A program made the position numbers and the translations under genes. From positions 1 through 56,600 of the forward strand of contig JAHBMJ010000114.1 of NCBI GenBank assembly GCA_018398765.1: a DNA stretch of 56,600 nt, given 5' to 3'. This document shows positions 24,246 through 39,800 of this stretch, one piece after another. The stretch's first letter is position 1; every line of letters begins with the position of its first letter. Source of the stretch: Chromera velia (taxonomy: Eukaryota). The notes beneath the pieces were generated by a model, which worked only from the letters and a program-made list of their open reading frames with translations, made no database searches and was not told where the DNA came from.

Positions 24246-27200
24246 ATATATATAGCGAATAATAACAAACATGGTTATCACGATTGAAAATCAGTTTTAC
24301 TATCTGAGAATTGATAATATCATTCATTGTAAAGGTTCGATCAAACAGATCTTTTCATGCAACGATGATACACAGTCAGTTGTGCATAAACACGCACACT
24401 GTTCTAACGAGTGCATACGAATGCAAGCATCTTAAATCAAGCAGTCACAAAGCCAGTCACAAGGACTTGCACGAATGGTGAAAATGCTTGCGTGCGGAAC
24501 GGCTTACCCCGCAGCAAGTAGTTGCTTAAACCGGAATCATCGATATTCATCACCAGTGATCAAGCCCGCCTCAGTGCATGGCTGGCTGCGTGCTTCAGCA
24601 GACCAAAACAATTTTTTGAACATTAAACATGCCACTTAAAACCATTCTTTCCTTCAATACTCTGTTCACCCGCCTCTCTCTTTTCTTTCTCGCGCATACA
24701 CGTACGAACACGCACAGATGCATTCAGAGACTATTCGAATCGATCGAGCTCGATTCATGTGAAGGAAGGCATAGGACAGGCAGGAAGGAATTGATGCATC
24801 CATGCATGCAAACACAGATCCAGGCACGCAAACACAGATCGATCGACTGGATCAGTCATGGGGAGGGGGGAAAGAAGGAACTCCAACGCAAAACCAATGC
24901 AACGCCACATGCAAGTGCGTGTGTGTGCGTGCTACCAGGGAGGGCCCCAGAGGCCCAAAATTGAGGGAGTAGAGGCTTCTAAAAACAGTCGGTGCATGCG
25001 TGTGTGGTAGTCGAGTCGGCATGTTTGTTATCCTTCGTCTAAGTTAGTCGAAAAAGCAGGCAGGCGAGCGTTGCATGCATGGAGTGTTTGTTCTCCTGGT
25101 GGAATCAACGGAGCTAGGGGGAAAAAATTAAAGGGTGGAGGGACGGTTCATGAAAAAGAAGCCGACAGGGTGAGCGAACAAGCAGCACTGCACGATTGCA
25201 CAATTCGTTTCGATCGCTTTGCAGTAAAACTCTGTCTGTTCTTAAACGCGTTGCATGGCGGATGGCGGGCCTGATTCGACTTGCACTGAGGGAAGAAGTT
25301 GATTGATTGAGTTCCTCTGGAAGGAAACCCAAACAAGTGAGGAGGAGGATGAACGGATTCGAATTAAACGCGGCCGGTAGTTTGAACGAGTCAGTGGGTA
25401 CATTCAAGGCTGTGAGTCTGTGTGTGTTGTGTGAGAGTGACAGCAAGTTACGCATGCATGAGTGCACAGAGCCCTCCTCAGCGTCCCCTGCTGCCTTCTT
25501 TTTTTGTTCCGCTTTTGCAGTACCCCGAGACGGAGAAGGAATGACGAAAGAAAGAAGGAACAAAACAAAACTGGGCGACAGATGTACAGCAGAACGTGTC
25601 CTCATCCTTCGCCCGACATAAGCAGAAGCCGTCGAACAGACAAACCTACTGGTAGAGACAGACTGACAGACAGAAGACGGAGACAAACGCAACATCACCA
25701 GACGAAGTAAAAGAAAGAAAAACAGATAAGAAGATAGGAAAACTACACACGCCCGCCCGGTCACAACTCTCGATTTTTGAGTTGGCCATGAGAAGGTAGA
25801 CTGGTGTGTCTCGACTCAGAACAAGACCGCCCTCTCTCTCTCTCTTTCTACAATCGTATTTCGCCCCCTCAATTTCTTTTCGTAAATGTCTTTCCCGATC
25901 CGACGACATAACAGGAGCGTCTCTTCCTTTTCTTTTAAATCTGTGGCGCTCACTTTTTTTTTAGTCTTATCTGCGGATGCCTCTCTTTCTCTCTCCCTCT
26001 CTCTCTGTATTCACTATCGACCTCATTTTTCCTCCTCCTCTGCAGGCCCCCCCGGCAGACAGAAAGCTGACAGTCGTTCTTTTACTCTCTTGCATTCCAA
26101 CACAGAAATTTGACAGAACGAAAGGATTTCAGCCTGCCATCTGCTTAAAAACGTTGATGAGGGGGAAACTGCGAGGAGAAGATGAAGGCATCGATCGACG
26201 GAGAGAAGCCACAAGGCAGGCAGGCAGAGAGAGAGAGAGAGACAAAGAGAGAGAGAGAAACGCGCAAAAGAAGAGTCTGAATGATACTCTCTCTGACCAA
26301 TGCAGCGAGAAAAAGAAGATCATGGCAACCCTCTGGTGAAAAGAATCTTCCACCCACCCCATCCAGCCAGACCACTATTTCTCTCTCTCCCTCTCCCTTC
26401 GTCCCTCCATCTCGCTGTCTGCACATACATCGACCACCGTTATGCCTCGCTTGCAGCGCTATCTCTTGAATTCTGCAGTCTGACGGGACAGAAATTCTCT
26501 CTCTCTCCCCTTTTCGTTACTGCAGACACGCGCTCTCTCTTCCAAAATCTTTCTGAAGACCTCCAGGAGTCTGCCATCAGTCTCCTACAACTACAGTAAG
26601 GCTGTCGAGAGGAGAGAAACCTCGAAGGTCAAGTCGGACGCCGGGGCACATCATGAGGAACGATCGAGTGAAAGAAATATCAACAACGGCCTTGGGCACA
26701 GGCACAGGCAAGGGCAGAAGGGGGACCAGAAAGAAAACCAAACGCACATGAAAGACAGCACAGCACAACACAAGTTCACAAAAGCAATGCAACCGACACA
26801 TGGGAGAAAGAGAGAGAATGCGAACCAGGCACGAAAGAAAAAGAGCAGGGGTCAAACACACTGAGACAGAAGGAATGGAAGTAGGAAGCAGACAAAGGGA
26901 GAGGAGGTGCTTAAACCAGGTAAAGAAGAGTGAAGAGCCATTTCAAGTTATGGTTTCATTCACACATTCCTTTGCGCCCGAATCGACAATTCAGACACGC
27001 AGACATCGAGGTCATGAAACAGTGTGTGTGCACCATTACCAGGCAGTCAATCACTCACGGTTCAACCCTTGCTTTGTCACTTCGCGCAGGTAGCGGTGCT
27101 GTCTTGCTTCAACAGGGTGGAATGAGTTGACGAAGCTTTCCGAACCAGACAATGAAACAAACCAACCACTCAAATCAGGCCTGTCTGTTCATACTGACAC

Positions 27201-30200
27201 ACGGAGAGGACAGTCAGACAAATGCACTGATCGATCGATCGATCGATCGACATTCCTCTTTGTTCAGGCCTGAAAGACAAAAACCGACAGACAGACAGAC
27301 AGACATGTAGACACGACGCCCTTCCCTCTCTCCTTGCCCTTTTGGGTCTCGGAGGTTCGTGCCGTGTCTGTCGCTTTCTTTCTTTTTGCCCCTAGCTCTC
27401 GTTCACGTACGTACGTGCCTCTCCTCTCCTCTCTTTCCTATTCCGTCTAGCTGCGTTTGATCGCGATCATTCAATGTTTTCCCTGTCCTTCTTTCCAAAC
27501 CCTGGATTCTCTTTTGAAAAGCTTAAACGATCCATCGCTCTGTCAGTCATGCTTTAAATCAGATAACTAGACCGGGGCGGGGCGGGAAAAGACGACTTCC
27601 AAAAAACCAACAGACAGAAAGGTGCCAGCAAGGCTGGAAAAACCAAAGAGAAAGATCACCGACAGGCAGACGGATAACAACAACGAAAAGAAAATTTGAG
27701 GTTCAAGTGAATGCTTGAAGACAGAGACGGATCACCCCAGACAGACACGTCTGGAACAACTGCTAAGTGATCCGATCAACTAATGAAGCTCTTTCCTACA
27801 GGGAGGCCTACGCCAACAACGACTTCCGTCCGGGCCATCCCGCCTCTTGCTGGAATGGAATGAGCTCTCTTGAGAGATCAGAATGAGGAATAGATCCTTT
27901 CCTGATCGACAAAAGAATTTCTGAACTTGCAGAATTCGACTAACGTCGGAGGATTATGGAAGACGCATCACCCCCCTTTTTTAAAGTCATCCCCCTCCTT
28001 TTCCATGTTTTTCGGCACGAAAACAAATCCAGAAATTTTTGCAAATTCCATCCATCCATCCATCCACAACAGTAAAACAAGACGATGCCCCCTCCGTGAG
28101 CCGAACTCAACAAGAAAGAAGACAGACAGACCTGTTGACGGATAGACAGAGCTCTCCTGCAAAATCAACCAACAGTTTTCATGAAAACACCCTCCCCTGC
28201 CCTCCCTGCTGGAGATACTGGTCTCGTTTTTCACTTTCGCTTTCTTGCAGCTGACTAACGTCCTTTTCTTGCAAGCGCCTCCCTCGATCGCTCCGCTCCA
28301 CTACCCCCAGGTGCGTGCACGCCCTCCAGGTTCTCTCTCATGGCCTGAAAGAAAGGAAGGAAGAAAACATTGCCTTCTCGAAAGGAAGGAAGAAAACATC
28401 GCTTCTCTTTGCACACACGCCCCCTTTGTTCCTCACGTGAACCGTCTTGCCTCTCTGCCATGCTCACCAGAAGTTAATCTGGCTGCCTGACGTCAAAGCG
28501 AGGAAGGAAGGAACGTGGAAGGACTCGTCTCAAAGATCCCCTTTCTCCTGCGGGTCGCTGCCTACTCCTTCATTTGAGACTTCTTCTCGCTCCCAAGTGT
28601 GATCGACCCCCGCGACAGTAACACGGGGAATGTGGAGCGGTACTGCGCTGGATGGGTGGACTGAGAGGCGGTGAAAGAAAATCAACGCATACCGCCGGCA
28701 AATTTCTCAGACGAGAAGGAAAGGATGAAAAAGCGGCGACTGTTTTTTGTCGTCTTCTTCTCTTATGGCGAGAACGACTAGGACCCGATCTTGTCCTCGG
28801 CTGCGTGTGGGTGGACGGGTGGGAACCTCGACACACGCAACGTCGATCAACTGACTTACTTCAAGTCGGGATGACCCAACAAAGGCTGAAGTAAGTTTCC
28901 TTTTTTTCTCTTCCTTCCTCTCGTATTGTTCATCACTATCACCGTATGGTGCTCTTTTCTCTTGAATTTCACTTCTCCTCACCGAGGCGCCAACGACAAA
29001 AGGACACACACACACACACAAAGACAACTGTACAGATAGACAGTCGAGCAAGCAGACAGCAAGAAAAGCAGGAAAGACGGCTGGCAAGGGTAACGCAACT
29101 GACGGTTCCTTGTCTGTTACGCTATGTGCCGGCCTCCCTTTTTTTCCGTCTTACAGCCAGAAAGGGCGGACCGATTCGCTTGCTGGTTTGCTTCGCACGG
29201 CGGCGTTATTTCTTCAACTTGGCTTTTCTCTCTCTCTCTCTCTCTCGTCCCGGAATTCCTCTTTTTTTGTCAACAATGGGGCCTCCCACTTCCTTTTTCA
29301 AAAAGAAACACTGGGGCTGCCCACTTCCTTTTTCAAAAAGAAACTTCGTTTTCTGTGCACCCCTTCACCGACTCGCGTTGCAATTGAGCAGGAACCCTGT
29401 TTCCGGTGTCCTTTTCTTCTTCTGTCTTCGTGTCTTCCCGTACAGCGACGGAGAGAACACCGGGAAGGGCAGCTCTTCTTTCTTTTCTTCATTCGAACTA
29501 GCAGCCTGGCAGGCAAAGAAATAGCCTGAGCCCAGACAGTGGTCACCAGTGAGAAACACACCATGATCGATCCATCCAACTCCTCGCCTCATCACGTACA
29601 GGAAAAGCCATACAGAAAAGAAAAAACATCGGATACCTGTCTGCTCTTCGCCCTCTGGGGCACTTGAACTTCCGTTCATGGAGGGGTAGTGGGGCTGCTC
29701 CTTCATTGATTCTTTTTACTTTACTGTCCCACACATTCCTTCCTGCCGTTCTCTTTGCAAGCACATCGATAGAAGGCTGAACGGAGACACACCCGCTACG
29801 AAGATAAAAAGATGCCTCCTCCCTTTATCAGCTTCGCGCGCGCAGACATTGTTCACCAAAATTCTTTCCTTCCCTCCTTTCCTTCCAACAACCCAACAAG
29901 GGGCATGCGCAAGGACATTTATTTGCAGCAACATGAGAAAGCAAAAATGTAATTAAATTTGTGGAAGGAAGGAAGGAAGGAAGGAAGGACTGAGGATCCC
30001 GAAAAGGTGAAGTGAAGTGAAAGAAGGGTGGGTGCATGGATGGAAGGAAGAAAAAAAAAAAAGAGGAAGAATCGATCAAACTCGTTTTGCGATGATGCGG
30101 GAAGGAGACAACAGGGAGAGAGAGAAAGGCCAGGTGAAAGGGAAGGGACGGCCAAGCGAGAGAGGAGGGAAGTCATCGATCCACCGCTGCTCCTCGTGCT

Positions 30201-33200
30201 CTTCTAGCTCTTTCTTGACGCACGCGGGCATAGAGCCTAATTGGCTCAGACCTCGGGCGAAGAGACGGAGGGCGCGCCACTCAAACCATACAGACAGGAC
30301 ACACACACATGCATTGTCTTCACTTACTTACACAACCGGGGACTAAACGGAAAAAGAGAGGGTGAGAGAGACACGTGCACTGCACTTACGAAGAGGGACG
30401 AGAGAAGGGAGGGAAGAGTGAATGAATGAGGTGGAGGGATAATTAAAACAGGCATGATGGATGAATGGAAGGAAGGAAGAAGATTCTTCGCTCATCGAGT
30501 CAGCAGGACAGGTCTGCGAAGTTAAATGTCGGAAGGACCCTTCTACTCATTTTCTCCCTCTTTTCTCCTAGTTCCTCCCTCCTCTCTCGACCGTCTCGAT
30601 TATTTTGCTGGCTTTTCAAGTTCAAACTCATCTGCTCTACTTCCTGGGGCTGCAAATGTGGAAGCAGACAATACAAAACTGTCGCCGCAAAAAAAAAGCG
30701 GGAAGCCAAAAAGGTACGCTCACTCTGGCTCGCGTTTTCTCGAAAATGGTGCGGCATGAAAAAGAGGGAAACGTGGAAAGAAAAATGATGAGGCAGACAG
30801 AAGATGAAAAGAAGGAAACCGGAAGGAAGACAAACAGCGACAAGAGAAGAAGGGAAGGACAGCTGGACAGATCTACGAACATATTATTGTTCTTAAATTA
30901 ATTTTTTCCTCTATCGGCCCGCGCCTCCTTCTATTATCTTTCCACTCTTTCCTTTCCTCCTCTTTACTTGATCTTTCCTCTCTCCAATGCTTCTGTGGAA
31001 TTAAACCTGCTCCAGCTTAAAATCGTTTAAACCAGGGAGGGGACTTCTGCCATTTCTTTCGAGCGAAAGCGCAAAAGGGAGAAAGAGAAAGAGAACGAAC
31101 GGATGGACCGCATACACACATCTTCCAGAAACTGCTTTGAAATGAAACCAGTCGGTGTGAGTGAAGACGGGTAGGCGAAAGAGAAGGGAAACGGAAAGAG
31201 CATTTCATTTCAAGAAAAGGTGAGCCTGTTGCCTGCATGTGGCTATGTTCTCTTCTTCACCAGCGTAAAACTCCAATGAGACGGTTCAACTGTGGGGGGG
31301 GCCTCTTCATTCCATTCCATTCCCAAAACTGACCGACGAGACAGACAGACAGAGAGACTGACGCGTGCTCAGAGAGGGGGAGAGAGAAGAACAGAGACAG
31401 CTCACGAACAAGCCACGGACACATGCATGCGGGCACATGAAGGTAGGAGGATGAGAAGAGGCCACTGCACTGCAAGAAGAAGCACATGCACGGACAAATT
31501 TGACAGATAGATAGACAGTAGGCGCAAAAACACTGGCAGAAGGAGAGGAACATGAACACACACGTTCTCGCAAGACGAACAGGCGAAAGAGTTTGCATTG
31601 CATGAAGCGAAATCGAATGAAGGACACACCATGCACCAAGCCCGCAAAACCGCATGCAGCATGTAGAGGAGACGAAGAAATAAAGAGAAGAAGAAAGGAC
31701 GGAAGAAGAGGAAGCTTCGTTTCCATTCACGCTAGTAGCAGAAGGACGTCACTACAATTGTGACCCATCCTTTTAGGAAGGGGCGGTGAATACTGCAGTA
31801 CAGGCACTGTAAGTAGATAAGTGAAGACGAGCGTGCGCACACTTTTCACTGAGGTGCGCATTACGTAAGAGAGAAGAGAGACGAGGGAGGGAAGACTGCA
31901 TGCGCAGAGGAAAGAAAGAAACAGAAGATCCCACTCGATCGTCCCATTTATTCAGCACGTGCGCGTGAGCGGCGGCTGAAGACGACAAAGGGAATGGACA
32001 GGAAAAAGGCAGAAAGAAAGTAAGGAAGACAAGGAAGGAGTGCATGCGTGCTTGCTATCCATGCTGGACATGAAGTGAGGGGCAAGAAAGAGACAGAAAG
32101 GAGGAAGAGAAAAAACAGATTGCTGTCATTCGCTTCCTCCTGCACTTCCTCTCGTTTCCCCCCCTCCCCCGTCCCTATTTGATTTAAAGATCGCAATGTT
32201 AGTTTTCTCTTCTTTTTGTCTTTCCCATTGCTTGGCCAAAACAGAACCCGTCCATTAACCAGACGGGTGCAGCCAAGTCACTTCCAAAACGCGCGAATAG
32301 AGAGAAGGAAGGCGAGAAGGTAAAAGAAGAGAACAAGGGTTCTAAAATGGGAGAAATAAGCAAGTAGAGAGAGAACATGAAAAGCAGTTTGTAAGCAAGA
32401 GAGGCTTGCATTAAAAAAGAGGGAGAGACATAGTGAGGTGCTTCCTTCATTTTCCTTTACCTGTGGGTGGCTTCAGTGTTTGTCCGGATGAAGGAACCGC
32501 CACCTAAAAAAGGGCAGCCAATCGCCTGAGAGAACCGAAAGACAAGAGGGAAAATGACGGAATGGACGTCCGTCAGTCGATCCAGTCGCAGTCTGAAAGA
32601 CGATAAGACACCGTGCTCGATAGAAAAGACAACTAGGACCAAGCAAACAGATAAGCAGTACCGATCCGCTCTGCTTCCCTCCTTCCCTCCCTTCAATTCT
32701 TTCCTTCTTTTTCCTTGGCTATCTGTCAAAACGAAATGCAGTGAAAGGCCGAAACAGTTGATCGATTCATCGAGCGTCGACCCGTTCACGGCAACTGCTC
32801 GATGGCCAAGTGAACTTCACCTCCCTCCTTGTTTTTGTTTGCTCCGGATCTTTTCACCTCCATTCCAGTCTCTCTCTCTCTCTCCCCCCCTCTCCGTTCC
32901 CGCTTCTCTGTCTCACACTGACACACCGTCGTTTCCGATGACGAGCGAGGTCGAAAGAATAAACGAAGTTCAAATATAGGGGTGGGGAAACATTCGACAA
33001 AGATACACTCATTCATTCATTCACAATCAAGGAAAGAAAAAGAGAAAAAGACAGACAAAACCAGAATGAAGGCATGCAGCTTGAATTCCTTTCAATGTTC
33101 TTCGGCTCCTTCGTGCCGTGGTCTGTCTCTGTCTTGATCTTCGCTGCTCAGCATCCATCCAGAGCAACTTCGATCAGATAGATCACTTCATTGATTGATG

Positions 33201-33870
33201 GATTGAATTAAACTTTCATTGCCGAGCGACAAGCAAGACTACCACTGCGACTCAGTGAGTAGTGAGGGAGATATTCACTCTCTCTCCCTCTCTCTCTCTC
33301 GCTCTTCTCACAGAGACATACACACAAAAGTTGCACAATTTCACATACACAGATACACAGATACGCAGGCACGCAGAGAGACAGGCAGACAGAAGGAACT
33401 TTGGCAACTACTCTCCCGTCCACCCCCACTCCAACGGAAGCGACTCGACTCAATTCGTTGCAGCAAGGTTTTTTTTCTTGCTTGCTTGCTTGCTCGCTCT
33501 CTTTCTTTGAGTCTTTCTTTTCTTTTCTTTTCTTTTCTTTTCTTCTTTCTTTCTTTCTCGCCAGACCAAAAAAGGCTGATTGATTTACTGCGCTCCTCTG
33601 TTCCGCACTTTCACGCTGCAGGAAAGAGGAGACTATCTTTAAAACGACGGCCAGAAGCCCATTGCCCACCCCCCAAATTTCAATTCCCAGGAAACGAAAT
33701 GATGCTTCCATTTTAAACCAACGACTTCGTTGCCTGTGTGTGTTGCTTCTTTTCCCCTGACACAGAGTCACTGACTCACTCATTCGAGAGACAGGTTATG
33801 CAGGCAGGCAGGCAGGCAGGCATGCATGAAGATAGATGTCAGTGAGTGGGTGCTCAAGGGAAGCAAGCGA

Positions 33871-36800
33871 TCAGTGACCCCAGCCATCCAGGCACTCACG
33901 GAGGGACTCCCGCATAGCTTCCGCCTTGTGAGACGCGCTCTCACCCTCCCCCACGGGACCCGTTCCCTCCATTCCAATTCCTCCGACAACGCCGTCCCCC
34001 CCCCCCACAATGTCATCAGCAGCAGTGCCACCAGCAGCAAAACGATCAACTGCTGCGGTGACACTTGAGCGGTTCTCACCGCCCATCACAGGCTCCATCT
34101 GCCTCCCCCCGAGGCCTGATAGAACCCCCGGGCCCCCACTCACGTCGTTTAACAAGCTGGTCCCAAACGGTCCCCCCTTCCCGCCAACGCTAACGGGGAG
34201 GAACCGGGACCTCGACTGTCGCCCGGTGGGGGGGGATGCGAGGGGATCTGCCTCGTCATCCTCATCAAAGAACGAGAACGAACGCTGGCGGAGACCCAAC
34301 AGTCGAGATGACCCCCCATACTCCCTATCCTCGTCCTCGTCTGCCTCTGTCGTTGCCCCTCTGAGGAGCTTTTGGTTGTGGGATGACAGAACCTGGTCAT
34401 CCACCCACCAACCCCGGGGGGGACCCCCTCCCGCCCCTGTGGCGTCGTCATTTGACGTGTCGCCAAGGGCGTAGTCAGAGCAACTGCCGCAGTTCTGTGA
34501 GACGGATGACACTTCTTTTTCGTTGTCATTTCCCAACGTATCATTATCACCGTCCCCATCTCCAGCATTCACCCTCCCCCCCCCACTATGAGCACAGAGA
34601 AACGTGGGGGCAGATCGTCCTGCTGAATCTCCAGACAAGGAGAGCCGACGATCTACCCCCCCAGAAGACGACGCATGGAGATCAATCGACGCTGTTCTTT
34701 TGTCACTAACGCCGTCACGATCACAATCCATGTACCCCTCGGACTCGCGATCGAGGAGGAACTCTGCGGAGGAAGAACCAGCTTGCTGGCCTGCTGCTTG
34801 TTGGTCTAATTTCACACCACCCGTCTGCATCTGCATCAACGCAGCGCGAGGACTCTGAGGGCGTCTGTGACGCGAATCTTCCCCAGAGCCCCCACCCGAA
34901 CCCCCACCCGCTCTGCCTTCGGATGAAGAAATGCAGCGAGTGCCGGTGCCACGGCTGCTGTTGTGGTGTTTGTGATGGTGGTGGGTGGATCTCTGATGGA
35001 AGTTCGCAGAAGAGCCTGAGAGCGTATCTCGGTCTCCTGAACCACCCGAACCCTCTTGGGATCCCCCACCCCCCGAACCACCTCCCACTGTGACCCGGTC
35101 TCCCCCACTCTGTCTCTCTGCATCTCTATCGCCCCCGTCCTGCTCCACCCCACCTCTTCCTCTTGCATTATGAGAGGACGCTATGTCCCCCACATACACA
35201 GTGTCGCTGTCACCCCCCAACTGTGCCGTCGCCTGCGCGGCAGACTGCGCTTCACTGCCACTCGCAGCGACTTGCTGCATGTGTTGGCTGTAGCTGAATG
35301 ATCTGGAGGACATTGGGGGACCGACAAGACAGGCTGCTGAGTCGCTCCCGCCGTGGGGACGGGGAAGAGTTTGTTGATGCATTAAGCTGCTGCTGCTGTC
35401 CGCTTGGCCTCTCACCCGTTCCCCTCTCCCTCTCCACCTTTCCATTCCTTCAAATGGTTCGAGACCCGAAGGGCGACTCGGCAGACTGCTGTGCTCATGC
35501 TGAAGACCTCCGGAAGAAGGACAGCGGGCAACAGACGAAGAGTGCGCTTGCCCTCCGTGAAAGTGGGGGGACGGGAAACTAGAAGTCGGGGGACCGGGAG
35601 GCCCAAGTTGTGAGGAAGAAACTCTTCCTCCTCCTCCTCCTCCTCCTCCTGCATGCTCCCGATCATCACCCCCATGAGGATGATGATGCATCTGCTGCTG
35701 CTGCTGGAGAGGCAGGTAGTGCTGTTGGGGATAGTGCTGCTGAGACGACTGCTGCTGCTGCTGCTGCTGCTGCAGATGGTCAGTTGCTGCCCTCTGGGAC
35801 TGAGGGTGATCGCGGTGACTGGAAGAATGGAGACCGGCACCACCATGGCCACCCGTCTGAGCCCACGAGGCCCCCCCAGAGGATGACCCTACACCCGCCC
35901 CACCGTCTGCAGAGAACTTCCCGGGCGCATTTGCAGCATTTCCCTGACTCGACCTCTGGCCGTGTCCTCCTGCCATTGCCATGACGTGAGGAGCCCCGCC
36001 AGGAGGCGGCGGCTGCTGCTGTCTGGGTTGGTGAGACTGCGCGTAGACTGCACCCGTTCCCCCCTGCCTTTCCGTGTCCATCTGCTGCAACTGCTGCGGC
36101 TGGGGCTTCGGGGGCGGCGGCGGCGGCGGCGGCTGAGAGTGGTGGTGCCCTCGAGACTTTTCCGCTCCCCCGTCCTCCTGCTGCATTTGCTGCTGCTGCC
36201 ATGTCTGCTGTTCCCTGCCTGCCTGCTGCTGCTGAGCTGACTGGCCATACTGAACAGAAGACGTCCCCCCGGGCTGCTGATGCTGAGAGGGGGGCACATA
36301 CGGGGACGCGGCTACCGGGGGACCCGGTGGAGGGCCCGCAGGAGGAGGAGGAATGTGAGTGAAATGCTGATTGGGGTCGTGTGGAAATCCCGAGGCAGCG
36401 AGGTGGACTCTGACCGGAAAATTCGAGGAGTAGCTCTGGTGGGTTGGGGGGGGGAGGGAGTGGAGCCGGGGGGATGAAGAAGACACGTCGGGCGAGGTCA
36501 CGTGCTGGTGCTGGTTTTGAAGATGCGGCGGGGCGTGCAATGATGAATGGGGAACCGACGAATGTGCAGCTTGGAGGGAGGGGTGGGTGTGGTGGCGAGG
36601 CTCTTGACGCTGCTCAGACTGTTGGTGCTCCTGCCGCGAATGCGGTGGAAGGCACACCTGCTGCTGCTGCTGCTGCTGCACGGGGAAGCGCTGTGGTCCC
36701 CCGGAGGTCTGCGGAAGCGTTTGCGGAGACTCCAGAGAGGAGTGGGGCGCCGAACGGTCTGCCTGCCAGTGCTGCACTCCACTCACGTGAGAGTGACTGT

Positions 36801-39800
36801 GGGAATGCACATGAACATGCACTGGGCACCCGTGCTGGACGGCCTGGCCCGCGGCCGCTTGTTGCAGCTGGTGATGCTGGTCGGGTCCTTGGAGGGGAAG
36901 GGGAAGGGAAGGTCCAGGGGCAGCACCGGAAGGGGGGGACAGGGGGGGAAGAAACGAGGATGGCTCTGACTGCTGCTGCGCGGATTGGTGAGGAGGGGGG
37001 CAGTGATGCGGAGCAGGTGGCGGCTGTGAAACCTGCCCTGGCTGGCTGTGCGCTGCCACTGACGAAGACCATCCACCACCTTGAGCGTGATGCTGCTGAT
37101 GCATCTGTTGCTGCTGGTGTCTGACAAGAAGCTCTCCTCCTGTGTGCGGACGCTGGTGGCTCGGCACCGACTGCTTCGCTGCAACTTCGTCTCCCACAAG
37201 CGACCCCTCTGTGGTTCTCTGATATGCACCCATATGGGTCTCGACTCCCTCTGGCGGCAGTGGCACATGCTGCGCTTGGGAAGGGTGGGGGTGCATTGGA
37301 TGAGAAGATGGCAATAGGGGCGGAGGGGGGTGTACAAGCTGCGGCTGTTGCTGCTGACGGGGGGCTGGTTGGGTGCCATCGTGGTGCATCGGCGGCCCTC
37401 GCGACACTGCCTGCAGTCCCGTCGCGTGGGACGTCGTGGGAGAAACCCCGCTGCCTCCACGACTGACGGGAGGAATGGCATGATGATCGCCTCCTCCTCT
37501 ATGACCCTGCCCCCCCCCCTCGGAGTGCTCATTCGAGTGATGAGAAGCCCCGAGGCTCTCTGGGGTGGGAGATGGAGAGGAGTGGTGTTGAATCTGGAGA
37601 TCCCGCAATTCTGGAGGAAGGGATTCTGCAGCCACAGCAATCAGGCCAGAAGCAGTGCAGGCAGCGCACTGACAAGCCCTGCGAAAGAGAATCGTGCCCC
37701 CAGCGGCGGAACCCGAGAAGACAAGGGAAGCAGAAGCAGGCCGTGGATGCTGCCCACCTCCACTCTCCCTTTCTCTCTCCTTTTCCATGTCTCGAGCCTG
37801 CCTCTCCCTCTCCAATCTGTCCCGATGCTCCATAGCAGCCAGTCGGGCTTGTCCGGCCTCGACGGTGACCGTCTCCGTTGCCTCGGCGGCAGAGATGATG
37901 GGTGTCTGTCCGGCTACGTTGACCACAGAGACCGACACAACGCTTCCCACCTTGCAAGCGCGTTCTCTCTCCTTCTCAGCCGCAGCCAAGGCGGCCGAAT
38001 CGGGATCAAACTGAACAACAGCTGACGCGGCCGCGCTGCCACCCGGCGAGCCTGTTGCGGAGTACGCAATGGAAGCCGCTGAGCTCTGGCGGTCTTTCCA
38101 AGCGTCCCCCCCTCCTCCAGGATGACAGCGACCGCAGTCGCACGAGCAGATGGTTGCAGTGGCAGGCTTGGCTGCCTGCTGGACGGGCGCGTGCGAGTGC
38201 ACCCGCCTTCCCCTCGCCCCATGAGAGATGGACGCTGACGCTGGGTGTGGCTGTAAGTGAGGAGAATGGTGGGTGTGTGAAGGGCAGATTGACGACGGCC
38301 GGTGCACCTCGGTTGCGTTTGACTGTTGACCCTCGAGCGGGAGCGGTTGAGGGACCGCCGGCACCTGCACCCATGAATGCAGATGGAAGACATAAATAAA
38401 GTGAATACTCGAGCTCTTCGTTGGAGAATCATATCTTCAGACACGCAGACAGGCAAACCAACATGCCTTTAAGAGAGAGATTTCATTTTTCTTTCTTTTC
38501 CCTACTCAGACAAACAGACAAACAGCACTCACGCCGCACTCAGATTCGTGCCGATGCAGGAGGAAAGAGGAAAGTCAAGAAGACAGAGGGACACATGCTT
38601 TTAAAGACGCGCCGCTTTGTTCCAAATGCACCAAAATGCACTCCATTATTCGCAGAGTTTGAACCACGAAAGCAGCAAAGGCGCTCAGAAAAAAAAAATG
38701 CACACAGGACCGAGACAGAAACGATGTTGTAGACAACCTCTCTTTCTCACTTCTGGCAAGAAACCACCGACACACGCATCCACACGCAGATACATGCAGA
38801 AAGAAACGTGCAGAAGCGATCAGAAGGCACACGTCATGCACCCATGCATCACAACTTACCTGCTGCTGAGGTTGCGCCAACGGAATCCCTGAGAGAGAGC
38901 CAGAGGAATCCTGATGAGAGCGCCAGAGAGTTGCCACACGCCCCTCTGCCCCGACGCCCCCGCTGACAGGATTTCCTTCGTGAGCAAGAGGGGGGCTCAC
39001 ATGGGTGTTGGGATCAATCAGCTGCAAATGGTGGACATGGTGAGTGACACTGAGACCCCGACTTTTCGAGGATGGAGTGCCACTGCCGAGGGGGGCGGGA
39101 CGCTCCTCAGTGCAGATACCGTGATGGCCTGGGTACGAAGGCCCCGCAGGTTCATTACCAACGAACACGCGAAGGGGGAGGAGCTGGCGACCGGGGGGGT
39201 GCGGAGGGGGTGGAGGGGCTTGGTCGAGAACGACAGCATGTTGCGGCGCCACCGTGAGCATTTGCGACTGCTTCACTGCGGGGCCGTGATGGATGTGCCC
39301 CTGCTGTCCCATGTCGCTTGAGTGGAACGGACAGGTACAAGATCCGTGGTGCTGTTGCTGCTGCATCTGACGGTCAACGGCCTCTCCATGGTAGTGGGCT
39401 GTCGGTGGATTTCTTTCAAGAAGCAACGGTTGAGCGCTCGGCTGATCCGGTAAAGGACCCCCAGGCTCGTTGCCTGCAAGAGAAGAAACCTTCGGATGCT
39501 GGTGCAGGGGGTGCACAACAGCAGTTGTTTGGGGAGGGGTTGGAACTGAGCGCGAAACCAGTCCCTGAACTTCCCCCCCGTGCTGCGCCACCTCAATCCC
39601 ACTAGGAATGGCAGCTGTGCCTCCAGTCTGGGCTCTGCACGCCTTGCAAGTACACACACCTGCTTGTCCTTCAGGCTGCTTCTGCTGCTGCGGCTGTGGT
39701 GGCGGCGGCTGCGTCTGAGGCGGCATCGCTGACATGGCTGTCGTAGGGTCTGAGGGCAATGCTGTGGAGACTTGCGGGGTCTGATGAAGCAACGGAGGGG

